Below are positions 51,501 through 64,000 of a stretch of 64,000 nucleotides of DNA, in pieces. Every line of letters begins with the position of its first letter. Position 1 is the stretch's first letter. The notes below the pieces were generated by a model. The model saw nothing but the letters and a program-made list of their open reading frames with translations. It made no database searches and was not told where the DNA came from. Both the position numbers and the translations under genes were made by a program. The DNA comes from Marsupella aquatica (taxonomy: Eukaryota; Plantae; Marchantiophyta): the NCBI GenBank assembly GCA_973895155.1, contig OZ316894.1, forward strand, positions 11,758,828-11,822,827. Direction: 5' to 3'.

Positions 51501-53472
51501 GTCCAATGTCTCTAGTACAGTTTATGTGTAGTCAAGTCCATTATTTTTGACGTAATTGTTTGACAGGCACTGTTGAGCGCGATCTCCCAGAGAATCAAAG
51601 GGTTCATGCGTCTCCGTACTGCCATGAATACCCTGCAAGGAGCACTCCCAGATGCAACTCAAGATGAGCTTCTGGCATACGAGGACGACTGTGCGATCTG
51701 CAAGGTATGGGCTAATCATGTCCTCAGGATAGTATTTACACTGTTTTCCGTGCGTCCAGGGATTTAGGGACCACTGTGAATCTTGTACACCATGAATGAT
51801 TTAGACCTGCCTTTCAAATCTGATATTTCTTAGGACCTTCGCTAGTGTCAGTTTTCTCACTCGGCTTGATTCTTTTTCCAGGAGCCAATGGCAAGGGCAA
51901 AGCGATTACCCTGTGCACATTTGTTCCACCTGTCCTGTCTACGATCCTGGTAAATGCCGAGTTCTTACTCTCACTCTGTTGGCACTGTCCTCGCGTTGTT
52001 TAGGGAGGGCACCTGTCATTCCACAATAGTAAGAACGACTAGAGTTCTTGGCTACCTTGTCACCTACTGAAGACGCAGAATGGTTGAAAAATTCTATGAT
52101 ACGCAGGCTAGATCAGGGATTGGCAGAGACGTATTCCTGTCCAACATGCCGAAGGCCACTTTTCATGGGTGGTTCGAGAGTCACGGACCCAAATTCTCAA
52201 GGGTTACAGCAGCGATTCCGTGGCGGGAGTGTAGGCAATGCATTAACTGCTCCTGGAGGTAGGGAGGGACTCGATCAACGGCAGAGCACTCTTCAGCCAG
52301 GAGCCCATGCACAGCTTTCAAATTCTGATACTCTAGCAGTACAGCAATGGAATGCGCAAGCTACAAACAGGTGGAGGTGGGCTGTTCTGAATTAAATAGA
52401 GAGACAATGACATTGAAGGTCGCATCATGATTACATTCTTTGGTGGCACAACTAAGTGCTTCCCTTATATTTCTAGCACTTCAATAACTTCAGTAGTGAC
52501 ACAGAGGTCATCAAATTGAGATTCATACATATTTTGTGTTGTATGGGTGCTAGGGTGGACCATTTCTCATATAGTCCATAACTTCAGTAGTGCACACAGA
52601 TGACACTATGAGGTCATCAAACTGAAATTCATGCATATTTTGTGTTGTAGGGGTGCTAGGGTGGACCAAGCGTGGGCACGTCCTGTTCCCGAGGCTGAAG
52701 GAGAGGGGCCGTCTAGTGAGGCACCTTCCGGTGGGATTGGTCGTATGCAGTTTGTGATGCGGCACTTTTCAGGCACTGGTCGTGGACATACGCAGCCAGC
52801 TGAAAGTAGCTGGAGATGGTGGCCTTTTGGACGAGGTGCTGACAGCAGATCACTGGCAGGCCGACGGAGAGACAGTTGGGGGCCACGAAGGCAGGGGAGT
52901 GGTTCAACTGGATCTAGGTTAGGAGAGATTTTACCTGATATTTCACTGCAAGTGGACCCTCATATGGCAGCCATGGTCAGTATGGTCAGAGAAGTCTTAC
53001 CTCATATACCCGATGAAATGATTGTACAGGTCTGGTTCTCTTTCTCTTGATGGATGTTCTGCATTTCCTAGGCTCCTAGGCACTTAGGCCGGTGGTGTCG
53101 TCAGCGTTTTCACGTGTTATACATGCTATTATGTCACTGGACATTCGACAGGCAGTCGCAAGATAAACCGTTGACAAGGCTTACGTTCTTAGAATCCTCG
53201 AAGACTCAGTAGGAAGAAATTGAGGGGCTGGAGAACGGCTAAATGGTCAAATCGAAGTATTTGTTGTGTTAATCTTTGCTTGCTGGGTTCATAAACGAAT
53301 CTATTGCAGATAAAGTCCTATTACATATAAAGGTCAGATAAAGTTCGTCTGTGCTGTCGCTTTGACCCAAAGAAAGGATCTTGGGCCCTAGTAATAACTT
53401 CTGAGGTTTATTGGTTCACAGGACTTGCGCAGGACAAACTCTGCGACTGCTACTGTAAACAATTTTCTATAG
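48577..53472 (+). CDS. RIN2: RIN2/RIN3-like (AMFR/gp78 family) membrane RING-H2 E3 ubiquitin ligase with C-terminal CUE domain
   Basis: 12 GT-AG exons: 48577-48825, 49265-49342, 49752-49838, 49945-50066, 50333-50429, 50739-50844, 51236-51393, 51567-51704, 51882-51949, 52107-52370, 52651-53029, 53422-53472. Motifs: KTLFFGQL...VERLINYVLFKG, MFQGLARDRLERLNASP, WEWRG, VDAILFLNLRAL, RING CAICKEPMARAKRLPCAHLFHLSCLRSWLDQG...SCPTCRRPL, CUE MVSMVREVLPHIPDEMIVQDLRRTNSATATVNNFL*. Confidence 0.96.
52480..52668 (+). repeat. Tandem duplication spanning the intron 10/exon 11 junction of RIN2
   Basis: ataacttcagtagtg...gaggtcatcaaa.tga.attcat.catattttgtgttgta(T/G)gggtgctagggtggacca at about 52484-52562 and 52578-52668. 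Confidence 0.9.
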
Positions 53473-55489
53473 GTGTGAATACGTTCAAAGAGTTTTGAAT
53501 TACAAGGGTAATTTCTGTCAGTTGGGTTTTTTCCCATGTCTGTTCTAGGGGACACCAACATCTCGTTTCTTTGGATCACTGGCTATCGTGGAGGACCCAT
53601 TTGTTTTTCGGACAGCAGACGGTGGTTCATGGAAGGAATGCTGGATAACGAGAAGAGCTGAGTAGTACTGAGATGCATACCGATTAGCCATCTGTGTACT
53701 TGGCCTTCTCTCTTCAGTCAGGCTCTATACAGTTCTTTGATTTTGCTGGCAAGCCCTTGTGCATTATCCCAGTAGGTGCTAGTATGATATAGTCTCAATT
53801 CTGTCAATAAACATCAAGAAAGCGATACGAAGCAAGTTTCTAGCCCCTGTGACACGGAGTTAGTTGTGAAACAACGAAGGGGGTGGTATTCAACTGGAGT
53901 GATAGAGCAAGTAGCAAAATTGACAATAAGCCCTGGTGGGAAGAGCTGGCTGTTGAGGATGCATGATTAGAGCTGATCGAACCGAGATAATGACTCTCTG
54001 GTTCCTGATTTAGATGCTTTTAGGTGAAATAGAGTTGGATAGATTTTCACTGCTTTCAGGTTCTGGATACGATAAATGGATTTGAGGTGCGTTGAGCTTT
54101 GTTCACAGCAAGAATTCTATGGTCGTTCTTAATGAATGACGAAGTCTTACTATGGAAGAGACTATTAGTACTTTCCAGCTGGGAGTTTGACCCTTGATAC
54201 TGCACGGGACAACAAGTGTGAGCAGTTGAAAGCAACGCAGCTCCACTAGGAGCTGCCAATTCTGACGAGGTGGACTGGGCTAGCTATGGACGTGCCAAAA
54301 CTGATTTCAAAGCTTTGGCCAACACTGTTGCATTATGTCTCCAAACTAGGTATTTGTCTATGGCCCTTCTGTTGCTATTGAGAAAATGTCTCTGGTCACG
54401 TTCTTCCCGTCTACAGGTTTGGATTCCTGGATTGGAAAACCAAATTGCTCTCCCTAAACATATTTTGCACCAAATGTGATCTGAATGACATTTAAGTTGG
54501 TGAGTACAGTAAACAATTGAGGTACTGAATACTAAGCAAGATTTTATGATAGTTGCAGTGCGTTGTGGGTCAATTCCATCCACTATTTTCTGGTTTTTTA
54601 AGCCTTTGTCATATGACGAATGCAGTTAGCCCTGTTGAATTCTAAGGGACGCTGGGAATCTGTGGATGATGATGGCTAGAGACAGACTGAAACAACTCGG
54701 ACGACCAGAGAGGAGACTTTTCTAAAACGGAAATGCTTGCATGAAAGCATCACCGGCTGTGGCGCATGGAGTGGAACTACAGAATATCATTTGGATTCGG
54801 TATGTTAAGGGGGAAACAAAGGAAACATGTTGGCCCATGAAAGACTTCCTTGTTCTCAATTATAAATTTTCTCCCATCCTTCGCTCGGACTCATCTAACT
54901 TGTGCAAAGAGGTCAGTACGATATTTTGTTCCCCTGAACTACCTCATTGCCACTTTCTGAACTCTTGGGTATAGCCTATGCTGGGTCCGTCAAGCTCTCA
55001 TGTTTCAAAGGGATCTTGGACCTCTTAGAGCTGCAGATGCTGAACTTGTGTGGCCTAATTTTGGAAAATGAAGCGGATTTTGCCACCAGTCAGGTCAAAG
55101 GCTGCCATGAAAATTGAGATTGTTCAGTTCTATATCCTCCCTGGTTAACCAAAGAATATGCCGCACGGGGACATCCTTGAATGTCTATCCGATCCAAGGA
55201 TTATGATAAACCCTAAGCAACAAAATCTTGCCACTGTCTGTTCTCACGGTTATGCATTTCTCTTTCGCTGGCAGAGGGGAAAAGTACAGTCCGTGTGGAA
55301 AATTTCTTCAGGATCAAACAAGTACGTTTACGAAGATACGCGGCCCAGCTCCCCTGGTTCTCAGATCTTGACGCCCAGTTGATAGATTTGTTGGATCACT
55401 TTGGGTTTTACGTCTTGAAAAGCTTAAACTTTGGCACAGATAACCTCACGGGCCATATGAGCAAAACTCTTCCACAACAATTTAACTCT

Positions 55490-55695
55490 CTTCTAATGAC
55501 GCTTGATTTATCTCCACCTCTCCCAACTCGTGGCTATATCAGCATATCTCTCCCACGACAAGATAACCGTATGCTAATGACTCTTGATTCATCTCGCCCT
55601 CTCCAAACTCGTGGGCTATATCAGCATATCTCTTCTACAAGACAACTGGATGGTAATGACTCTAGACTCATCTCGACCTCTCCAAACATGGGCGC
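55490..55695. repeat. Tandem repeat, about 80 bp x 2.5
   Basis: taatgac.ctt/agat.ta/catctc..cctctcc.aactcgtgg(g)ctatatcagcatatctc at about 55494, 55575 and 55654. Confidence 0.8.
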
Positions 55696-56989
55696 TCAGA
55701 AACTACGCAGATGTCATGAATTTCTACTTCCCCCGGATGACGTGATGTCGGACATTTCAGCTTGCCCTAGATGACACGGACGGGTCCCCTACTTCCCAAT
55801 ACCCACCAGAATTGATAGTAGCTCACTACCCTGATTGGACAGGAAAGGCTTCCCTGTGCCCTGACTCATGTGCGTACTTACTCATCAAACGATCTAAGTA
55901 TAAAAAGTTGTTACTGGAGAAATTATGGTTTCTGGAGTATAGAACTACTCTAGGTAGTGGAACACATTCCATCCGCGAAACACCTGCTGAGGCCATACCA
56001 GAATCAGATCTCAACTGTCCATCAAAAGCTATCCATCATCGTGACATAGACCTAGGGCCAAAATGTCGTTGCTGCTATTAATTGGCGACTCCACAACCAA
56101 CATAGTTGGCTTCCATGATATGAGTGACGCATCTCTACAAGAAAACCCGTGAGATCTGACAAACCACAGGGGAGTTCTTCAGTAGACCTTGTGCAGAGCA
56201 GTGGTCCGGCAGAGCAGTGGGAGTACACATCAGTCATCACATGTTGCTACTGAGAAAACGCACCAGTTATAGTGAACAGCAGCAGCATTGACGGAAGTTG
56301 GGGAATTTATACCAGGCAAGATGGGATCCAATCATGCTCAGGTGCAGGCCCATCATTCTGAAGAAACCAATACATTAGCATTGATATAATAAAAAGGATA
56401 AGGAAAAGTATAAGGAATCTTTGTTGAGAGAAGGTGTCTTATTATAAGATAATTCACACACGATACTCCCGTACTAGTTATTGACTACCTGCTCCTTTAA
56501 TTCAGGTACTACTGACTAATTCTTCAGATTCTTCAGAAGGAATGCTTTTTGGGACACTCGTGAACAAATCCTATTTACATTCTAAAAGTGGGATTTGAGA
56601 TTCATCCTCAGTTAAGAAATTTTTTTTATGTGGCTAGATGTTTGAAAAGTAAGTGTGCATAGTGTCCCTCTAATGCCTAAGATCTTACCTGTTATCCTCT
56701 TTGTTTCTTTGAAGGCTAGGTCTTGTAGGTGAAATTTATATCAACAATGGGACCCACTTTACCAAAGATGATTGATTATGTAAGGAATCAATCAAACCAT
56801 ATTACTTACAAAAGGATAGGCAGTCTACAATTGGAGCAATGATATCCAGCTGTGGAAACTGTTCTCCACATTGCCTCAGGATTCAACAAATGCAGCAAAC
56901 ATCTGTAAGAACTTGTTAGCTACTGAACTCTCCCCTTCCTTTATTGGCTGTCCTATCTTGGGAATAGTGTCACTTGGTTGGGTGCCTTT

Positions 56990-57146
56990 TATTTTTGAGC
57001 AGTGTGATATATATAGACTTGTGGAAAAGCACTGCCTCCTCATTCCTTGCTCATTCACAGGGGTTCCAATGATTTAGTTTTGAGCAGTGTGATATATATA
57101 GACTTGTGGAAAAGCACTGCCACATTTATTCTATGCTCATTCACAA
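56990..57146. repeat. Direct repeat, about 70-85 bp x 2
   Basis: ttttgagcagtgtgatatatatagacttgtggaaaagcactgcc...tgctcattcaca occurs twice. Confidence 0.88.
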
Positions 57147-57423
57147 TGAATCTTGCTATAACTAGTATCTTTCTAAGATAGAAGGCTATGTTAGTCTTCA
57201 TACTCGTATTCTTGCAAGACTCCGAAGTGACACATCCAGCTCCACACACTTGACAAAGGTGGTTGAAATACGCATGCACCAGTTAGATTTTGTTCTTTTA
57301 TGGGTCAACAAAGAGAATTGGGCAATGATTGTCATTAAGAACAAACAAGGGACACTTTGAACAACCTGAGGGGTACTTTTGTGAAATTATAATTGTGAAA
57401 GAGTGTTTGGGTATCTTAGTCCT

Positions 57424-58978
57424 GAGGGATATGCTTAATAGGCCCCCTCCTGGAGATTCTTTGCTTAATCAACCCCCTGGAAAACCTTTTGCCCCAATCA
57501 GACCCCTCTTTATGATCCGTACCCTTTGTTCTTGTGTAGGATCTTAGAAAGTGAGTTTTCAGCCTTACAAAGACCAAACAGGGTGACACTGCACTATACC
57601 CATTCAATCACATTGATCGTGCAAAGATTGAACAACAACGTTACCATGCGCAACTGAATTGTAGGCATTTGCACTTTTGCGCCGCTTGTATCTATGCAAA
57701 TACATTGACATGAATGTCTTGACTTTGTAAATTGATTTCCGTGTTTTTTATATCCTCCCATTATGTCTTTCATCCATGCTCAAACATTAACAACTTTACG
57801 GAGCTTTTCATGAGGTGCACGGCGCACGGACGTGCCACCATAGAGACCTGCCACCAGTGTCGGCCATTTACCCCCGCCTGAATGGCTTGGGCAAGCAAAA
57901 TAGTCTTTTGTTGGAAAAAATGCTAAGTGTGGTGAGAATACAATGTCCACAGTGTCTTCTGAAACCACCAATGTCAGCCATTTACTCCCACCTGAATGGC
58001 TTGGGGGAGCAACATATACTCTCGCTCGAAAAAATGCTAAGTGTGGTGAGAAGACAATGTCCACAATGTCTTCTAGCACTGTTTGGGTATTAGAAACCCC
58101 TCAAACCCAACCCTGAAATACTTGTCATTTTCTTGCAATGTACATCCTTCCAGTTTGCAATTTTAATTAGTTGGCGACCAATTTGTGAATAATGTGGTGT
58201 TAAGGGTCTCACCAAATTTTGAGACTACCTTCAAACTAGAGGTTTTTTCTATATTCAATTTGCAACTAGTAATAGATAATGGTCCCCCATTAACATTTTA
58301 CTAGCTGGTTTTGTAATGTAAGATCTGGTTATTACTTAATCTTGGGTTGTTTCCCTTTCATTTGATTATCTTACTACTTTATAGCCATGGTTCTTGTTAA
58401 ATGCATTCATGATCGGACCTTACCATTAAATTATAGAAACTCTCCATATGAAGGGCTATTTAGGGTTAGGATTTTAGGGTCTAAGGGTTTAGGGTGTTAG
58501 GTCTTGATGGTGTTAGGTCCATGTGCAGTACGCCTCGTGAAAAGCTGCGTAAAGTAGTTACCGTTTGAGCATGGACAAAAGACGGAATGGGAGTATATGA
58601 AAAATGTGGAAATCCATTTACAAAGTGAAGACATTCATGTCAATGTATTGATTTTGCATAAGATAACCCTAATGTCGATAGAAACGGCGTGAACGTGCAA
58701 ACCCATGCAGTTCAATTCTTGCACATGGTAATAGTTGTTGTTCAATCTTTGCACGGTCACTGTGATTTTTGCCTTGTCGCTGCATAGTTTGTGGTTAAAT
58801 GGGTATAGTACAATGTCACCCAGTTTGGTCTTTGTAAGGTTGAGAACTCTCTTTTTAAGAACTTTCACAAAAACAAAGGGTGCGGATCATAAAGAGGGGG
58901 CTGATTGGGGCAAAAACATTTCAAGGGGGTTGATTAAGCAAAGTATCTCCACAAGGGGGCCTATTAAGCATATCCCTC
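57424..58978. mobile_element. Non-autonomous Mutator-like element with TIRs of about 400-460 bp
   Basis: 57424 to about 57830 is the reverse complement of about 58517-58978; both ends begin GAGGGATATGCTTAATAGGCCCC. Flanks tcttagtcct and tcttcttcct match 8/10, a decayed 10-bp TSD. The interior has a tandem duplication of about 115 bp (57851-58076). Confidence 0.92.
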
Positions 58979-60665
58979 TCTTCTTCCTTGACCTTGCTTA
59001 GTTGGGGTCCTCGTCTTCATTCCTCCCCTTCTTTCGCCTTTTGTTACTCGTTCCTAGATAATCCTTCCACCTTCCAGATTTGGCTAGTCTCCTCATCAGA
59101 GCCAGTATTATTTTTTCTGCCCTCTTTATGGTCGTGCACCCCTTTCTTAGGGAAAGAAAAGGGTATGTTAGGGGGTCTCAACTCTAGCTCAAAACTAGAT
59201 GTACCTTAACTACTTGGTAAAGTTACCAACCAAAAGAAGTTATGGACTACTAGAGCATCTGGAAGCTTCATCCCCCTTTTGGCCCTATGGGAAATAGCTG
59301 TAACATGTCTCAAAAGGTTATGTAAAAGTTTTGTTTCATATTTTCACTAGCCTTTCCACTGAATCACCATCATGGCAAAAGGGTTTCTATTGTGAGTTCA
59401 GTTCTCCATAGCTTTGTATGTAGATAATCTTAATTTAGTACATGAGATTTGAGACCCCCTACTAGATTCATATTCCATAAGGTTTTGCCATAAACAGAGA
59501 TCGTATCCATGGTTGATACTCTCTTTAGAAGTTAAAAAAAAGACAATTTTCTTTTGCACATCCATGTGAGAAAAATTATGACCATTTCTTTATGACCAGA
59601 GGTCATCTCCCTTAACAATGAAACTTTGATACATTCTAGAAATAATTATTCTGCACACTAGTCTGAATGTCCGAGCTGTGCTCAGAGTCACCTCTCCACC
59701 TGTTTCCTCTCCCCAAGCTTGCGGACACCCCATAGTCACAGTCTATAGGCTTCACTCAGTCTGGACCATAGACTCTGGAGTGTATCTTTTGATAGCAGAT
59801 TATTAGTTAGATAACCCCTACCAAAGCGTCAAACCAGGCGATAAGACCCCTGAGACCAACAACCGATTGAAGGAGAGAAAATGAGGCTACCAAAGAGGTC
59901 TAGACTGGAGGCAGAGACCCCAAAGCTAGTTTCTTTTCAGTGGTAACAATTTTGCTATATTTTCTCTCCCATTAACTAATTTCTCACAGAGTCATACACC
60001 CCATTACCCACCACCTAATGGTCATCCTTAAATCTGTATATAGAGATCAGATAGTAAGAAATTAATGTAGAAAATCATATTTGGAGTGTTCCTAGCGTCT
60101 GCTCCTCATCACACAAGGTGACATTTGCCACACCTACCAAAAAGGAGAAACGTTAAAGATCGCGCTGCCTAAAGGCAAGAAACCCAACTAAAGGGGAAAA
60201 CGTTATTGGGTAAAAAAGCAATTTACAAGCCATTTAGACCCTGATTTTGGGCACTTGCTCAGGGCTGTCTTGCATGCAAGGGTCTTCAAATAAGTGACCC
60301 TTTAAATGATCATGTGGCACCTCTGGAACGAGCAAGAGATTCCTACCTCACCCCCCTCCTGAGCTAGTCCTCATGGCTATACTTGTGGAGTTTCAAAGGC
60401 AAGGGATGGAAACTTTCTGGCTCTTGCAGGTCCCAACCTTTGAATTGATATGTGACAAAACCTGCTAGGTTACACCTATCATTAAACTGTGCCATCTTTG
60501 TTTATGTTGTGCGTCTAGTTCATGCCTGATAGTAGTCACCCGCCTGTTTGTGTATTGACCCTCCAAACTGCCCTGGCTTGCAAATGGCTTATGTGAGTGC
60601 GTTCTGGATTTCAACTTGTCAAAATTTCAACTTGTGAAAATTCTTCTGTAAACACTCGACGAGCA

Positions 60666-60753
60666 ACAGGTCTGTCTTTGTGATCGAGCTGTGAATTGGC
60701 AAAGAGCACACAGGTCTGTCTTTGTGATCGAGCTGTGAATTGGCAAAGAGCAC
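60666..60753. repeat. Exact tandem duplication of about 44 bp
   Basis: acaggtctgtctttgtgatcgagctgtgaattggcaaagagcac occurs twice. Confidence 0.92.
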
Positions 60754-62099
60754 CAACTTAGCATTTGTTTGAATTGATGGCTTGACTGAATCAATCGAGG
60801 AAGGAACAATCTTGCCAAAAAAGAACCAGAAGGAAGTTGGATATTTTTGAAAACAATGCATCAACGTCCTTATGGGTGTGACCAACCCTGAGAAACGACA
60901 TCTATATTGTTTCAAAGACCACTTTACTAACAAGCTCACTACAAAATGCCATCACCCACAGGTCTTCAAATTCTAGCACAATTGAGACATAGCCCACCTC
61001 AAGGTTCACTGTACAGTACTTCCTATACTTTAGTGCCCAATTAGTAAGGGATACCGTAGTCTAGTACAATAGGTGCCTGATGTTTTCCCGACCAAAAGGA
61101 GGAGGGGCTGGTGGAAACAAGTCTCCCACAATCAGCTATGTACTATTGCATCAGACCTTTGCTACAATGCCACTCTACTACAACTGTAGTAGCAGTACTA
61201 CGACATTGCCAATTCCAGGAAATAAAGACCGCCAATATGATGTGATCCGGTCCTAGTTCTTAGAGTTAATAAAATGATGTATCCCCTTAAAAGTCAGTGT
61301 TTACATCAACATCCATAGGATATCTTTCAAACTCACATTTTCAAGGAACTTTGAATTTTCTATTCTTGAGCAAGTTCAAAATTGTAAGAATGAATTGATT
61401 CTGTGCAAACTGGGATGACATTTTGGTAGTGCACTACTAGTGTTCCAGATCTACACTACCACTCTACAAAGATAGTAGTGGTACCTTTGCCACTTGGTTT
61501 GCTATTCTCAATTGCAAAAAGAAATTATTTTTTGCTTGCTTCCAGATTTTCACTGATGTCCACTAAATGTTCCCAACAACAAGTTTTTTAAGCCAAAGCA
61601 TGTCTTGTGTCCACCAACTTTAATAGATAAGGATCCGAGTAATTGCACATAGAAATGTGACAATAAACAATGAATCACACTTAGTGATTTGAACAGAATA
61701 ATATCATGGTATGGAGTAATGCTCTATTTGTCTGTCGCATTTTAGATGTGCAATTACCAGGACGGCCACATATAACACCCTTTTCAAGAGAAGTTTGTAT
61801 CACAAAAGGATTTGAGCCTCCAAACAAATGATGGGATCAAATTTACAATCACATTTATTTTGCTGGATGATTGAGGAGATAGCATCGAGGCTCTACAATA
61901 TGAATTTTGTTAGGCTACAATGTTTGGAATTTGATTCAGTCCCAAGTCCCCCATTGAGCCCCCATATTTTTCTAGCCCACCTATTTCAACATCACCTCAA
62001 ACCATTTGAACTGCTGGGCAAGTCTACGTGTTGCCCGACACGTAAACTTGTCACATTACGGCTCCAAAAGGGGCCAAATGATGCATATTCCTCTTTATA

Positions 62100-62335
62100 T
62101 ATTCCCGGCCGGTCCCAAATTCTCCCAAACCCCTTCCCAGCCTGGTCCCGGGCTCCCCTGGTTTAGCGAGCCGGTCCCCTGGTTCGGGGTCAGGTCGGGT
62201 CAGGCTCAGAGGTCGGGCTCGGGGCCAGGTTTGGACGGGGTTGGGGCGGAGTTTGGACCGGGTGGTCGGGATGACCGGGTGTCCGGAGTGACGGGTAACG
62301 GGGTCCCCTGATTTGCCGGTCAAGGCCAAACTGGG
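62100..62335. mobile_element. GC-rich CCGG/GACC-rich segment, possibly a hAT-like terminus or subterminal region
   Basis: Dense ccggtccc/ggtcggg/gaccggg motifs end sharply at ...ggccaaactgg. No partner TIR was found in the window. Confidence 0.3.
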
Positions 62336-62819
62336 ATTTTTAATCTACAGCTATAATAAGTGATCCTGCCTTTTCATTCTTCGTCTCGTTATGAAATCCA
62401 AAATCGGCAAGAATCAAAACTGGCCGTTAGATATTTTGATGGATTATTGTATCCGTTTGATTAGCACTTGCCTTCTCTGGCAAGGCCTCCCATGCCCGTG
62501 CCTTCATTATGGACCCCCCTCACAATATACATATAGGGCATCAATGCTCGCAATGCCTCGCCGGCCCTCATGGTGCCTCGCCCTGACGCCCTACCTCGCC
62601 CTCCCCTCGGTCCACGCCCTGCCTCGCCCTGACATGCTGCCTCGCCCTCCCCTTGGTCCCGATGCGCTCGCCCTGCCTCTTGCCCCCCAGCCCGACTCCC
62701 TATGGGCCGGCCCTCATTGTGTCGTGCAACGCACAGGCAAAGGGCTCGTCAATTATAATTTTGCTGGGCGTCGAATTTATTTGTCTCTAATTACTTTATT
62801 GTGCGACCATAATTTCAAG

Positions 62820-64000
62820 TACGGTACTACTGCAGCACCACGGCACCACGGCTACGCTACAACGCCGGTCTACTACTACGACTGCAGCAGCGGTAGCTGT
62901 GGCAGTAGCAGTAGCAGTCGCAGTCGCTGGAGTAGCGTAGCGTAGCGTAGCCCACTCTCATCAATGACCCGACTCGACTGATGGAATGACTCGAAACGCA
63001 TTGTACTGAGGAGTACAGTACAATGTCGATGATGATTTGCAGCGGAAGAAAGTGCGCCGGACCGAAGTGATTCCCCGTTCCCGACGGAGCGAGGAAGAAG
63101 CGAGCTGGAGCAAGCGAGCGAGCGAGAGTGATGAGAGAGAGCATGCGAGCAAGAAGAGCGAGACGAGAGAGAGTTTCATAGAGTTTCCGAGAGATGGGAC
63201 CGGTTATCAGGCCTTCCAATAATGCCTCTGCAAAGGTGCGGGCTCACGATTGGTGCAAGATGGAGGATGAGGCAGCTTGATGGAGGAGATCGATGAGGAA
63301 GCTTGGTGGTGGGACTGGCGGTGTCGTTCGTTGCAGATGCGAAGTGAGCAGGAGAGTCTGTTGTGTGGTTGATTTCTCCGGTGGTTGATTTCTGCAGAAG
63401 ACGAGGCCGGCTCTGTGCGTGTTTCGTCACCGGCTCCTGCTTCTAGGGTGTATGTGTGGTCGCATGACTTTAGCCGAGAATCAAGCAAGTGAAAGGAATC
63501 GGCGAAAGGAATCTATCGACGGGCAGGAGAAGGGAATTGTAAGTGAGGGGATTGACGGGAAAGTTCCGTTGTTGGGATCGAGTCGAGGAGGTATTGAGGA
63601 CGAGCTGTGAGGAATGGATGATGGATTACGGGCGGGAGGTGGTCTGGATGCTGGTGTGAATCGCAGTCGTCTGCCATTGCGTCGAGGCATTTCAGAGCGG
63701 TGATGGTCGCTTCCACAGCATTCCTGTGCGAGGCGTTGTGGTGGGGCTGCTGTTGCTCCGCAGCAGTTCAACACTTCTGAGCAGCCGCAACCGGCAATAG
63801 GTACGTATGTGCTTTGAGCTTACGAAATCCTCTGTAGGATCCTAGTTTTTGACGAGGTAAAGTGAGAGAGATTTGGGTTTAGGGCAATGGTCACTTTGGC
63901 TGCAGCGAAGTGGTACGTAGACTGGCCATTTTATGAATATCACTAACTCCCTAAGAATCGGACGGGGCCCTTCTCGAGACTCAGGCTCGCCATCTGTGAC
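62820..64000 (+). other. Probable promoter/5'-UTR first exon of a gene continuing beyond the window
   Basis: Microsatellite-rich leader ((TAC)n, (GTAGC)n, GA-rich) resembling the PP2A leader. Candidate donor sites are ATAG|GTACGT at 63801 and CGAG|GTAAAG at about 63857. No recognisable CDS. Confidence 0.4.

Noticed and set aside
55295-55774. 159-aa ORF with a GTG start
   Set aside because: Half of it is an 80-bp tandem repeat, with no ATG start, splice context or domain.

Overview
Eukaryotic, intron-rich land-plant nuclear DNA. Long microsatellite-rich 5' leaders and the gene architecture suggest a non-seed plant, possibly a liverwort; that assignment is inference. Five spliced genes were reconstructed exon by exon: the 5' part of the peroxisomal beta-oxidation multifunctional protein (AIM1/MFP2 family, minus strand, runs off the window start), a FYVE-finger/ankyrin protein (minus), a PP2A B55 regulatory subunit (plus), an arginine decarboxylase (minus; 9 exons, one GC-AG intron, transit-peptide-like N-terminus, cyanobacterial SpeA-like features) and a RIN2/RIN3-type RING-H2+CUE E3 ligase (plus). 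Intergenic DNA holds two non-autonomous long-TIR Mutator-like elements, a Copia-type LTR end, a pogo/DDE_1 transposase relic and tandem arrays directly upstream of the PP2A and ADC genes. The most notable item is a decayed, intron-containing tyrosine-recombinase gene of Crypton/DUF3504 type at about 41.6-43.7 kb. All homology calls come from recognising motifs by eye; no searches were run.
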